Virus record (IMG/VR): IMGVR_UViG_2690316115_000003
Location: 1-6,214 of that record
Reading direction: 5' to 3' (one strand)
DNA length: 6,214 bases
From: a virus
Taxonomy: Duplodnaviria; Heunggongvirae; Uroviricota; Caudoviricetes
The notes below the pieces were generated by a model. The model saw nothing but the letters and a program-made list of their open reading frames with translations. It searched no databases and was not told the origin of the DNA. The position numbers and the translations under genes are program-made. Below are positions 1 through 5,858 of the stretch, piece after piece. How positions within the stretch are numbered: the stretch's first letter is position 1; every line of letters begins with the position of its first letter.

Positions 1-46
1 CTGCCCGTTGACGGACTTCAGGGGAAAAACGAGTATTTTTAGTCAT
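1..46 (-). CDS. IS3-family transposase OrfA, first 15 codons only (partial, runs off the left edge)
   Basis: Minus-strand ATG at 46..44 preceded by AAGAGGTAAACAGG (GAGG Shine-Dalgarno). Translation is [15 protein letters not shown]..., which I recognise as the N-terminus of IS629/IS1203-type OrfA. Too short for the ORF track. Confidence 0.65.
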   Translation of the reverse strand, partial: MTKNTRFSPEVRQRA

Positions 47-100
47 CCTGTTTACCTCTTTCTCAGGAAGTTTAGTCTCCAGGATTCCCGGGGCGGTTCA
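1..100 (-). mobile_element. Terminal ~100 bp of an IS3-family insertion sequence (IS629/IS1203-like); the rest lies left of the window
   Basis: The reverse complement of 1..100 begins TGAACCGCCCCGGGAATCCTGGAGACTAAACTTCCTGAG, a 5'-TG terminal repeat of the kind IS3-family elements carry. About 54 bp inside that end a minus-strand ATG opens the OrfA-like reading frame. The boundary at 100/101 is placed from recall of IS629-type ends, not from an alignment. Confidence 0.65.
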
Positions 101-166
101 AATTGTAACCCACAGATTTGCAGAGTGGGCTGTGGGTGATTTCAACCGGCAGAAGGAGACAGTCCT

Positions 167-346
167 TTGCAACAAGTTAACCGCTGGTTCAAAGATCACT
201 ACGGAGTGCCCGTCAGAGTCATTCGTTGGGAACCGGAAACACAACGGGTTATCTACCTCCGCGAAGGCTATGAGCATGAGTGCTTCAGCCCGCTCGAACA
301 GTTTCGTCGTAAATTCAGGGAAATAGAGGTCGGTCATGAGCACTAA
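167..346 (+). CDS. Small hypothetical protein (59 aa, TTG start), translationally coupled to the downstream replication gene
   Basis: Reading frame open from 140 to the TAA at 344..346. TTG at 167 lies 7 nt after AAGGAGA (153..159). Translation (M)[58 protein letters not shown] looks like a real protein, unlike the Ser-rich frame of the listed 132..326 ORF. Its stop overlaps the ATG of the next gene by 11 nt. No ATG start exists, so this is uncertain. Confidence 0.35.
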   Translation: MQQVNRWFKDHYGVPVRVIRWEPETQRVIYLREGYEHECFSPLEQFRRKFREIEVGHEH

Positions 347-1277
347 ATTAACCGGCTATGTATGGGATGGTTGCGCTGCGTCAGGCATGAAGTTATCCAG
401 CGTGGCAATTATGGCCCGCCTGGCTGATTTCAGTAATGACGAAGGTGTGTGCTGGCCATCAATTGAAACCATTGCCCGCCAGATTGGCGCGGGGATGAGT
501 ACCGTCAGAACGGCTATCGCACGGCTGGAAGCAGAAGGCTGGTTAACGCGTAAGGCGCGTCGCCAGGGTAACCGCAATGCGTCGAATGTTTATCAGCTTA
601 ACGTTGCGAAGCTTCAGGCAGCGGCATTTTCTCAACTGTCAGATTCTGACCCGTCAAAATCTGACGCATCAAAATCTGACCCGTCAAAATTTGATGCGTC
701 GAAATCTGGCAAAAAAGCGGGTTTTCACCCGTCAGAATCTGGCGGGGATCCGTCAGTAAAATCAAAACATGATCCGTCAGATAAAAAACCTTCTCGTCCG
801 GACGCTTCGCAACCGGACACGCAGACGGATGAACAGGATTTTTTAACTCGCCATCCTGATGCGGTTGTATTCAGCCCTAAAAAGCGCCAGTGGGGAACGC
901 AGGATGATTTGACCTGCGCACAGTGGCTCTGGAAAAAAATCATCGCCCTGTACGAGCAGGCCGCCGAATGTGACGGCGAGGTGGTTCGTCCCAAAGAACC
1001 GAACTGGACAGCCTGGGCAAACGAAATTCGCCTGATGTGTGTGCAGGATGGTCGTACTCACAAACAAATCTGCGAGATGTACAGCCGCGTCAGCCGCGAT
1101 CCGTTCTGGTGCCGTAACGTGCTCAGCCCGTCGAAGTTGCGGGAAAAATGGGATGAGCTTTCCCTGCGCTTATCGCCGTCCGTCAGCACGCACACAGAAA
1201 AACGCGAAGACCCGTACTTCAAAGCCAGTTACGACAATGTGGACTACAGCCAGATCCCGGAAGGATTCAGGGGGTGA
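336..1277 (+). CDS. Phage replication initiation protein, O-like (N-terminal winged-helix DNA-binding domain, repeat-rich linker, C-terminal domain); resembles defective-prophage YfdO-type proteins
   Basis: ATG at 336 preceded by AGAGGT. N-terminus [73 protein letters not shown] is a typical winged-helix segment of lambdoid replication initiators. The central region encodes DPSKSD/ASKSD pentapeptide repeats over a DNA iteron array. Gene order (initiator, YfdN-like, methyltransferase) matches the CPS-53-type replication region as I remember it. Confidence 0.75.
   Translation: MSTKLTGYVWDGCAASGMKLSSVAIMARLADFSNDEGVCWPSIETIARQIGAGMSTVRTAIARLEAEGWLTRKARRQGNRNASNVYQLNVAKLQAAAFSQLSDSDPSKSDASKSDPSKFDASKSGKKAGFHPSESGGDPSVKSKHDPSDKKPSRPDASQPDTQTDEQDFLTRHPDAVVFSPKKRQWGTQDDLTCAQWLWKKIIALYEQAAECDGEVVRPKEPNWTAWANEIRLMCVQDGRTHKQICEMYSRVSRDPFWCRNVLSPSKLREKWDELSLRLSPSVSTHTEKREDPYFKASYDNVDYSQIPEGFRG
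638..790 (+). repeat. Iteron-like array inside the O-like gene: about 8 copies of a ~15-bp unit CCGTCA(A/G)AATCTGAC with internal dyad symmetry (GTCA...TGAC); putative phage replication origin
   Basis: Direct reading: five tandem units across 638..710 (GTCAGATTCTGAC, then CCGTCAAAATCTGAC, GCATCAAAATCTGAC, CCGTCAAAATTTGAT, GCGTCGAAATCTGGC), then after an A-tract spacer (GGCAAAAAAGCGGGTTTTCAC) further units at 729..743, 750..764 and 774..788, ending in GATAAAAAACC. In lambda the origin iterons lie inside gene O in the same relative position. Confidence 0.5.
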
Positions 1278-1768
1278 TCATGAGTCTTTTGAATGAAGTT
1301 CAGAAATTCATTGAAGCCCATCCGGGCTGTACTTCCGGAGACATTGCGGATGCTTTTGCAGGTTACTCACGGCAGCGCGTACTGCAGTCAGCAAGCAGGT
1401 TACGTCAGAGTGGGCGTGTGGCTCACCGTTGTGAAGGGGATACACGCAGACATTTCCCGCGTCTGACTGAGAGAGCGCAGGAGCCGGAACCACAACCAGT
1501 TCGTGAAACCAGACCTGTGCGCAATTTCTATGTCGTCACTAACGATCCCCGGGTGATTTTGTGCCTGACCCGCCAGGCTGAAGAACTGGAGTCAAGAGGC
1601 TTATACCGTCGTGCTGCAACCGTGTGGATGGCGGCATTCCGTGAAAGCCACTCCCAGCCAGAACGAAACAATTTTCTGGCACGTCGTGAGCGGTGCTTAC
1701 GGAAAAGCAGCAAGCGCGCTGCATCGGGTGAAGAGTGGTATCTGTCAGGGAATTACGTGGGGGCTTAA
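1274..1768 (+). CDS. Hypothetical prophage protein, YfdN-like (164 aa); N-terminal winged-helix-like segment, C-terminal PerC-like motif
   Basis: GTG at 1274 or, more likely, ATG at 1280 (AGGGGG just upstream); 164 aa from GTG matches the length I recall for K-12 YfdN. The stop at 1766..1768 overlaps the next start as TAATG. The C-terminal segment LTRQAEELESRGLYRRAATVWMAAF resembles the conserved core I associate with PerC/Pch-type small regulators (recall, not search). Confidence 0.6.
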   Translation: MIMSLLNEVQKFIEAHPGCTSGDIADAFAGYSRQRVLQSASRLRQSGRVAHRCEGDTRRHFPRLTERAQEPEPQPVRETRPVRNFYVVTNDPRVILCLTRQAEELESRGLYRRAATVWMAAFRESHSQPERNNFLARRERCLRKSSKRAASGEEWYLSGNYVGA

Positions 1769-2421
1769 TGAGTAATAAATATTGCCGGGCGCTGGTGGAA
1801 CTGCGGAACAAACCAGCCCATGAACTGAAGGACGTGGGCGATCAGTGGCGCACGCCGGATAATATTTTCTGGGGAATTAACACCCTGTTTGGTCCGTTTG
1901 TTCTGGATCTGTTCACTGACGGTGATAACGCCAAATGTGCCGCGTATTACACGGCGGAAGACAACGCGCTGGCGCATGACTGGTCAGAACGTCTTGCGGA
2001 GCTTAAAGGTGCTGCCTTTGGCAATCCCCCGTACAGCCGCGCCAGTCAGCATGAGGGGCAATACATCACCGGCATGCGTTACATCATGAAGCATGCCAGT
2101 GCCATGCGTGATAAAGGCGGGCGCTATGTTTTCCTGATCAAAGCTGCCACCAGCGAAGTGTGGTGGCCGGAAGATGCAGATCATATTGCTTTTATTCGCG
2201 GGCGTATTGGTTTTGAACTGCCTGCCTGGTTTATCCCGAAAGACGAAAAGCAGGTGCCAACAGGTGCTTTCTTCGCTGGTGCTATTGCTGTTTTCGACAA
2301 GACCTGGAAGGGACCGGCAATCAGCTACATCGGGCGCGATGAACTTGAGGCATGTGGTGAGGCATTTCTGGCGCAGGTTCGCCAGCAGGCGGAAAAACTG
2401 GTCAGGGAGATGGTGGCATGA
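1768..2421 (+). CDS. Phage DNA N6-adenine methyltransferase (Dam-like orphan methyltransferase)
   Basis: ATG at 1768 shares its A with the upstream TAA (TAATG). The ORF track starts the frame at GTG 1735, but the internal ATG is preferred. Catalytic-type motif NPPY is present (AAFGNPPYSR, near 2012..2035). Overall resembles phage Dam-family methyltransferases of lambdoid nin regions, including YfdM of CPS-53. Confidence 0.8.
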   Translation: MSNKYCRALVELRNKPAHELKDVGDQWRTPDNIFWGINTLFGPFVLDLFTDGDNAKCAAYYTAEDNALAHDWSERLAELKGAAFGNPPYSRASQHEGQYITGMRYIMKHASAMRDKGGRYVFLIKAATSEVWWPEDADHIAFIRGRIGFELPAWFIPKDEKQVPTGAFFAGAIAVFDKTWKGPAISYIGRDELEACGEAFLAQVRQQAEKLVREMVA

Positions 2422-2807
2422 AGCTAATACTGCCTTTTCCGCCCAGCGTGAACACGTACTGGCGACACCCCAACAAAGGGGCATTTGCTGGTAAGAGCCT
2501 GATAAGCGAGGCGGGGCGAAAATTTCAGAGCGCGGCGTGTGCCGCCATCATTGAGCAGTTACGTCGTCTGCCGAAACCAACGTCGGCACCTGCTTCAGTG
2601 GAGATCGTGTTGTTTCCTCCGGATAACAGGATCCGCGATCTGGACAACTATAACAAGGCGCTGTTTGACGCCCTGACCCACGCGGGTGTGTGGGAAGACG
2701 ACAGCCAGGTGAAAAGAATGCTGGTGGAGTGGGGACCGGTTATCCCGGAAGGGAAGGTCGAGATCACTATCAGTAAGTACGAGAAAACGGCGGGTGCAGC
2801 CGCCTGA
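2418..2807 (+). CDS. rusA: RusA-family crossover junction endodeoxyribonuclease (Holliday junction resolvase)
   Basis: ATG at 2418 overlaps the methyltransferase stop (ATGA), with GGGAGA 7 nt upstream. The 129-aa product MKLILPFPPSVNTYWRH...RDLDNYNKALFDALTHAGVWEDDSQV has the RusA hallmark layout, including the acidic RDLDN catalytic region. Confidence 0.85.
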   Translation: MKLILPFPPSVNTYWRHPNKGAFAGKSLISEAGRKFQSAACAAIIEQLRRLPKPTSAPASVEIVLFPPDNRIRDLDNYNKALFDALTHAGVWEDDSQVKRMLVEWGPVIPEGKVEITISKYEKTAGAAA

Positions 2808-2826
2808 TCAAGAGGAGAAACGAAGT

Positions 2827-3624
2827 ATGAATAATCTGATGGTCATTGATGGTATTGAAGTTCGTCGTGATGCTTATGGGCGTTACAGCCTGAACGATCT
2901 GCATAGGGCTGCTGGTTCTCTGGATAAGCATAAGCCTGCATTCTGGCTCCGCAATGAGCAAACTGAGCGTTTAATAAGCGAGTTGCAGATTTGCAACTCG
3001 GTCAATATAGAGCCAGTTAACGTTATTCGTGGCGGAAATAACCAGGGGACGTATGTCTGCAAAGAACTGGTGTATGCCTATGCAATGTGGATCAGCCCGT
3101 CATTCCATCTGAAGGTGATCCGTACTTTCGACATGGTAACCAGCGCACCGGAAAAATTATCCGGACAGGCTGCTGACAAGATGCAGGCTGGCGTGATCCT
3201 GCTGGACTTTATGCGCCGGGAATTAAATCTGTCTAACTCATCAGTGCTTGGAGCCTGTCAGAAGCTTCAGGAGGCTGTTGGCTTACCGAATCTGGCACCG
3301 CGCTATGCCATTGATGCTCCTGCTGACGCGCCTGATGGCTCAAGTCGCCCCACGCTGTCGCTGAGTGCACTGCTGAAGCAGTATGGTATCCGCCTGACGG
3401 CTAATCAGGCATATCACCAGATGGTGAAGCTGGGGATCGTTGAACAACGCGAACGATACAGCCGTACCGCGATTAACAACATCAAAAAATTCTGGTCGCT
3501 GACCGCGAAAGGCTGCATGTTCGGCAAGAACATCACCAGTCCTGCAAATCCGCGCGAGACGCAGCCGCATTTCTTCGAATCCCGATTTCCTGAGCTGTTA
3601 AAGCTGCTCGATACCGTTCATTGA
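2827..3624 (+). CDS. KilA-N domain-containing protein (N-terminal KilA-N DNA-binding domain, C-terminal domain of unknown function)
   Basis: ATG at 2827 with GAGGAG 8 nt upstream (the track's longer frame from 2794 lacks a Shine-Dalgarno). N-terminus MNNLMVIDGIEVRRDAYGRYSLNDLHRAAGSLDKHKPAFWLRNEQTERLISEL fits the KilA-N pattern. The C-terminal ~150 aa is not recognised. Confidence 0.7.
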   Translation: MNNLMVIDGIEVRRDAYGRYSLNDLHRAAGSLDKHKPAFWLRNEQTERLISELQICNSVNIEPVNVIRGGNNQGTYVCKELVYAYAMWISPSFHLKVIRTFDMVTSAPEKLSGQAADKMQAGVILLDFMRRELNLSNSSVLGACQKLQEAVGLPNLAPRYAIDAPADAPDGSSRPTLSLSALLKQYGIRLTANQAYHQMVKLGIVEQRERYSRTAINNIKKFWSLTAKGCMFGKNITSPANPRETQPHFFESRFPELLKLLDTVH

Positions 3625-3625
3625 G

Positions 3626-4621
3626 GTGACTGTGAGAGCACTACTGACCCCTGAAATTGCCCCGCGTATGGGGATCGTATTGTTCAGACCCGGTTCAGAG
3701 CTGATGCCCCTGTTTATGCAGGGGCGTGTCCTGCTGGAGCCTGAGCCGGAACGTTATTCATCTTTTGCCAGTGGTGCCGTTCCGGCAGCATCACAACCGC
3801 TGGCGGATGATCCTGCCGTTCGGGCCGTGTTCCGCAATGAGGCAGTGATCCGTCGTGCTGGTGGCGTGGAATGTCTTGAAAGCTGGTTACTTCGTGAAAA
3901 AGGTTGCCAGTGGCCTCATTCCGACTGGCACAGCGAGAACATGACCACAATGCGACACGCGCCGGGCGCAATCCGTCTGTGCTGGCACTGCGATAACCAG
4001 CTGCGCGATCAGTTCACGGAACGGCTGGAATCAATGGCAACGGATAACTGTGCCCGCTGGGTGTTGTCTGTTGTGCGTCGGGATCTCGGTTTTGATGACA
4101 GTCACGTTGTGACAATGCCGGAACTGTGCTGGTGGCTGGTTCGTAATGATCTGGCGGATGCCTTACCGGAAAGTGCAGCCCGTAAGGCACTGAGATTACC
4201 GAAGCCTGTTGTGCCGTCTGTCACCCGGGAGAGTGACCTTGTGCCTTCGGTTCCGGCCACCAGCATCATCCAGAATAAAGCGAAAAAGGTGCTGGCGCTG
4301 AAAGTGGATCCGGAGTCGCCGGAGTCTTTTATGTTACGCCCAAAACGTCGCCGCTGGGTTAACGAAAAGTACACGCGCTGGGTTAAGACGCAGCCGTGTG
4401 CATGTTGTGGAAAGCCTGCTGATGATCCCCACCACCTGATAGGCCACGGTCAGGGGGGAATGGGTACAAAAGCGCATGACCTCTTCGTGCTGCCTTTGTG
4501 CAGAAAGCATCACGACGAGCTGCATGCGGATACCGTGGCATTTGAAGAGAAGTATGGCTCCCAGCTGGAGCTGATATTTCGTTTTATCGATCGTGCGCTG
4601 GCAATAGGCGTGCTGGCCTGA
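3626..4621 (+). CDS. DUF968-like prophage protein (YdfU-like) with C-terminal HNH-type Cys/His cluster; putative nuclease
   Basis: GTG at 3626, 2 nt after the upstream stop; an alternative GTG at 3632 sits better behind GAGGTGA, so the start is uncertain by 2 codons. C-terminus QPCACCGKPADDPHHLIGHG...HDLFVLPLCRKHHDELH (about 4395..4524) has Cys and His spacing reminiscent of HNH/His-Me finger nucleases. Position between nin genes and Q is typical for this family. Confidence 0.65.
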   Translation: MTVRALLTPEIAPRMGIVLFRPGSELMPLFMQGRVLLEPEPERYSSFASGAVPAASQPLADDPAVRAVFRNEAVIRRAGGVECLESWLLREKGCQWPHSDWHSENMTTMRHAPGAIRLCWHCDNQLRDQFTERLESMATDNCARWVLSVVRRDLGFDDSHVVTMPELCWWLVRNDLADALPESAARKALRLPKPVVPSVTRESDLVPSVPATSIIQNKAKKVLALKVDPESPESFMLRPKRRRWVNEKYTRWVKTQPCACCGKPADDPHHLIGHGQGGMGTKAHDLFVLPLCRKHHDELHADTVAFEEKYGSQLELIFRFIDRALAIGVLA

Positions 4622-4638
4622 TTTTGTGGAGAAAGTTG

Positions 4639-5010
4639 ATGCGTGATATTCAAATGGTTCTTGAACGTTGGGGGGCATGGGTGGCAAATAATCACGAGGA
4701 TGTGGAATGGTCATCTGTTGCTGCAGGTTTTAAGGGATTAATTCCTTCGAAAGTAAAATCCCGCCCGCAATGTAGCGATGACGATGGCCTGATCATTAGC
4801 TCTGCGATGACAGTTCTTAAGAAAAAGGAACCGTATCAATACGAATTACTGGAAATGTATTATGTGTATGGGGTTACATTACGGGTATTGGGGGTAAAAC
4901 TGGGGATATCACTTAATCAGGTTGTTATCAGACTGCAGAAAGCTGAAGGGTTTATTGACGGTTGTCTGGCAATGTTGGGGGTATCTTTAGAAATTGATTG
5001 TTACATATAG
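4639..5010 (+). CDS. Late-gene antitermination protein Q, short phage-21/QuuD-type (123 aa)
   Basis: ATG at 4639 with GGAG 7 nt upstream (the track begins at 4624). N-terminus MRDIQMVLERWGAWVANNHEDVEWSSVAAGFKGLIPSKVKSRPQC closely matches what I recall of DLP12 QuuD-type Q proteins. Gene order (rusA ... Q) is canonical for lambdoid phages. Confidence 0.75.
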   Translation: MRDIQMVLERWGAWVANNHEDVEWSSVAAGFKGLIPSKVKSRPQCSDDDGLIISSAMTVLKKKEPYQYELLEMYYVYGVTLRVLGVKLGISLNQVVIRLQKAEGFIDGCLAMLGVSLEIDCYI

Positions 5011-5047
5011 TAATAAATTCAATCAAAGTAAATAATCATATTTTATT

Positions 5048-5084
5048 ATAACCTCCTGATGATACCTGTTCATTGGGAGGTTAT
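5048..5084 (+). promoter_or_regulatory. Shine-Dalgarno-sequestering hairpin in the 5' leader of the AT-rich orphan gene
   Basis: AUAACCUCC (5048..5056) is perfectly complementary over 9 bp to GGAGGUUAU (5076..5084), which contains the GGAGG Shine-Dalgarno of the ORF starting at 5086; the loop is 19 nt. Pairing was checked base by base. Confidence 0.4.
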
Positions 5085-5085
5085 T

Positions 5086-5703
5086 ATGGATAAAAATGTA
5101 GAGCATGTATTAGTTGATGCAATTGAAAATAAGCAATCTTTAACAGTCGTTTACTTAGGAGGGAGCCAGCCCGGAACATTAAGGAATATTTCTCCGATTA
5201 GTATAAATGGGGATAAATTGCGGGCAAGATGCCATAGTTCTGGAGCAGTAAAGGTTTTCAATCTTGGGAAAATACAGTTACCCAGTGACTCCTGCGCGGT
5301 ATCTATGCACTATGGAGATTTAAAAGTTAAAGCTTATGAGACGATGCAGAGCGTAAATGACAACTTTCATGCCCTTTATCCTGAAGGACGATGGGGTGTT
5401 GATTTTAATGAGCATCGCTTTGCTTTATTTGATTTTTTTAAAAACGGGAAACGAAAAAAAACGGCATTTATGGCAATTGAGTTCAGGGAAAGAGATGAAG
5501 AGAAAATAATAACAGGTGTAACAATTGATATTGGTATATCTGGAACAGTGATTTCTGAGAAGTCCCGAATCCCAAAAAGACGACCATGGGTAGTGGTTGG
5601 TCCCGAACACGGAGAATACAGTACTTATTCAACTTTGGACAAGGCTGCTACAGCGTTTTTTGAGAGGCTTTCGTTGATAGCATCCGGCCTGGAAGATAAT
5701 TGA
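5086..5703 (+). CDS. Orphan hypothetical protein (205 aa) in an AT-rich cargo block downstream of Q; function unknown
   Basis: ATG at 5086 lies 5 nt after GGGAGG; the in-frame ATG at 5059 has no Shine-Dalgarno. Hand-counted G+C is 19/60 for 5101..5160 versus 32/60 for 2401..2460. The frame stays open for 206 codons despite the AT richness. I recognise no family; the segment VVYLGGSQPGTLRNISPISINGDKLRARCHSSGAVKVFNLGKIQL has spacing loosely reminiscent of WYL/SH3-like beta-barrel domains (weak). Confidence 0.7.
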   Translation: MDKNVEHVLVDAIENKQSLTVVYLGGSQPGTLRNISPISINGDKLRARCHSSGAVKVFNLGKIQLPSDSCAVSMHYGDLKVKAYETMQSVNDNFHALYPEGRWGVDFNEHRFALFDFFKNGKRKKTAFMAIEFRERDEEKIITGVTIDIGISGTVISEKSRIPKRRPWVVVGPEHGEYSTYSTLDKAATAFFERLSLIASGLEDN

Positions 5704-5776
5704 TTTTATGTTTGGTATTCAGAGTTCGCCGTGCTTAAGAAAGTCAAGATTCTAAAAATACTGAATGAGCTACTTG

Positions 5777-5785
5777 TGTTATAAC
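5777..5785 (+). promoter_or_regulatory. Extended -10-like element TGtTATAAC (possible sigma70 promoter; weak -35)
   Basis: TGTTATAAC at 5777..5785 matches TGnTATAAT in 8 of 9 positions. The best -35 at 17-bp spacing (AATACT, 5757..5762) matches only 2 of 6. It sits about 50 nt upstream of a strong terminator, so any transcript would be short (about 65 nt). AT-rich DNA produces such matches by chance. Confidence 0.25.
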
Positions 5786-5833
5786 AAAAATGCTATTAGT
5801 GTGTTAAGAGTGGTTACTTCGCCACACAACTTA

Positions 5834-5858
5834 AACCCGCCACTGAGCGGGTTTTTTG
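5834..5858 (+). terminator. Rho-independent terminator
   Basis: AACCCGC (5834..5840) pairs with GCGGGTT (5847..5853) as a 7-bp stem with 5 G:C pairs and a 6-nt loop CACTGA, followed by a T-run (TTTTTTG). It lies 130 nt after the stop of the orphan gene. Confidence 0.75.

Noticed and set aside
132-326. Plus-strand 64-aa ORF (GTG start) from the track
   Set aside because: Its product is Ser/Ala-rich and low in complexity ([15 protein letters not shown]). The overlapping +2 frame (167..346) has a strong Shine-Dalgarno and a more protein-like translation. Retained only as an alternative.
98-343. Minus-strand 81-aa ORF from the track
   Set aside because: It lies antisense to the better-supported plus-strand small ORF and to the O-like start region, has no convincing Shine-Dalgarno, and would start inside sequence adjoining the IS end. 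Judged an antisense artefact.
577-759. 60-aa ORF with QNLT repeats
   Set aside because: It is an alternative-frame reading of the iteron array inside the O-like gene; its repetitiveness just reflects the DNA repeats.
638-790. Possible CRISPR array
   Set aside because: The repeats are about 15 bp with no unique spacers between them, are protein-coding and in-frame within the initiator gene, and there are no cas genes. They are iterons, not CRISPR.
1984-2484. Minus-strand 166-aa ORF and plus-strand 106-aa ORF (2174..2494) overlapping the methyltransferase
   Set aside because: Both lie entirely within the well-supported methyltransferase and rusA frames and have no recognisable motifs or Shine-Dalgarno. 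Treated as shadow ORFs.
4334-4714. Minus-strand 126-aa ORF, plus other antisense ORFs at 3714..3971, 4102..4374 and 4510..4695
   Set aside because: They are antisense to the DUF968-like and Q genes, which form a tightly packed co-directional operon. No independent support.
5059-5085. Upstream in-frame ATG (5059) as start of the orphan gene
   Set aside because: It has no Shine-Dalgarno and lies in the loop of the leader hairpin, whereas ATG 5086 follows GGGAGG at ideal spacing. The longer form cannot be excluded.
5425-5610. Minus-strand 61-aa ORF inside the AT-rich gene
   Set aside because: Open frames arise easily by chance in AT-rich DNA, and it is antisense to a gene with a strong ribosome-binding site.
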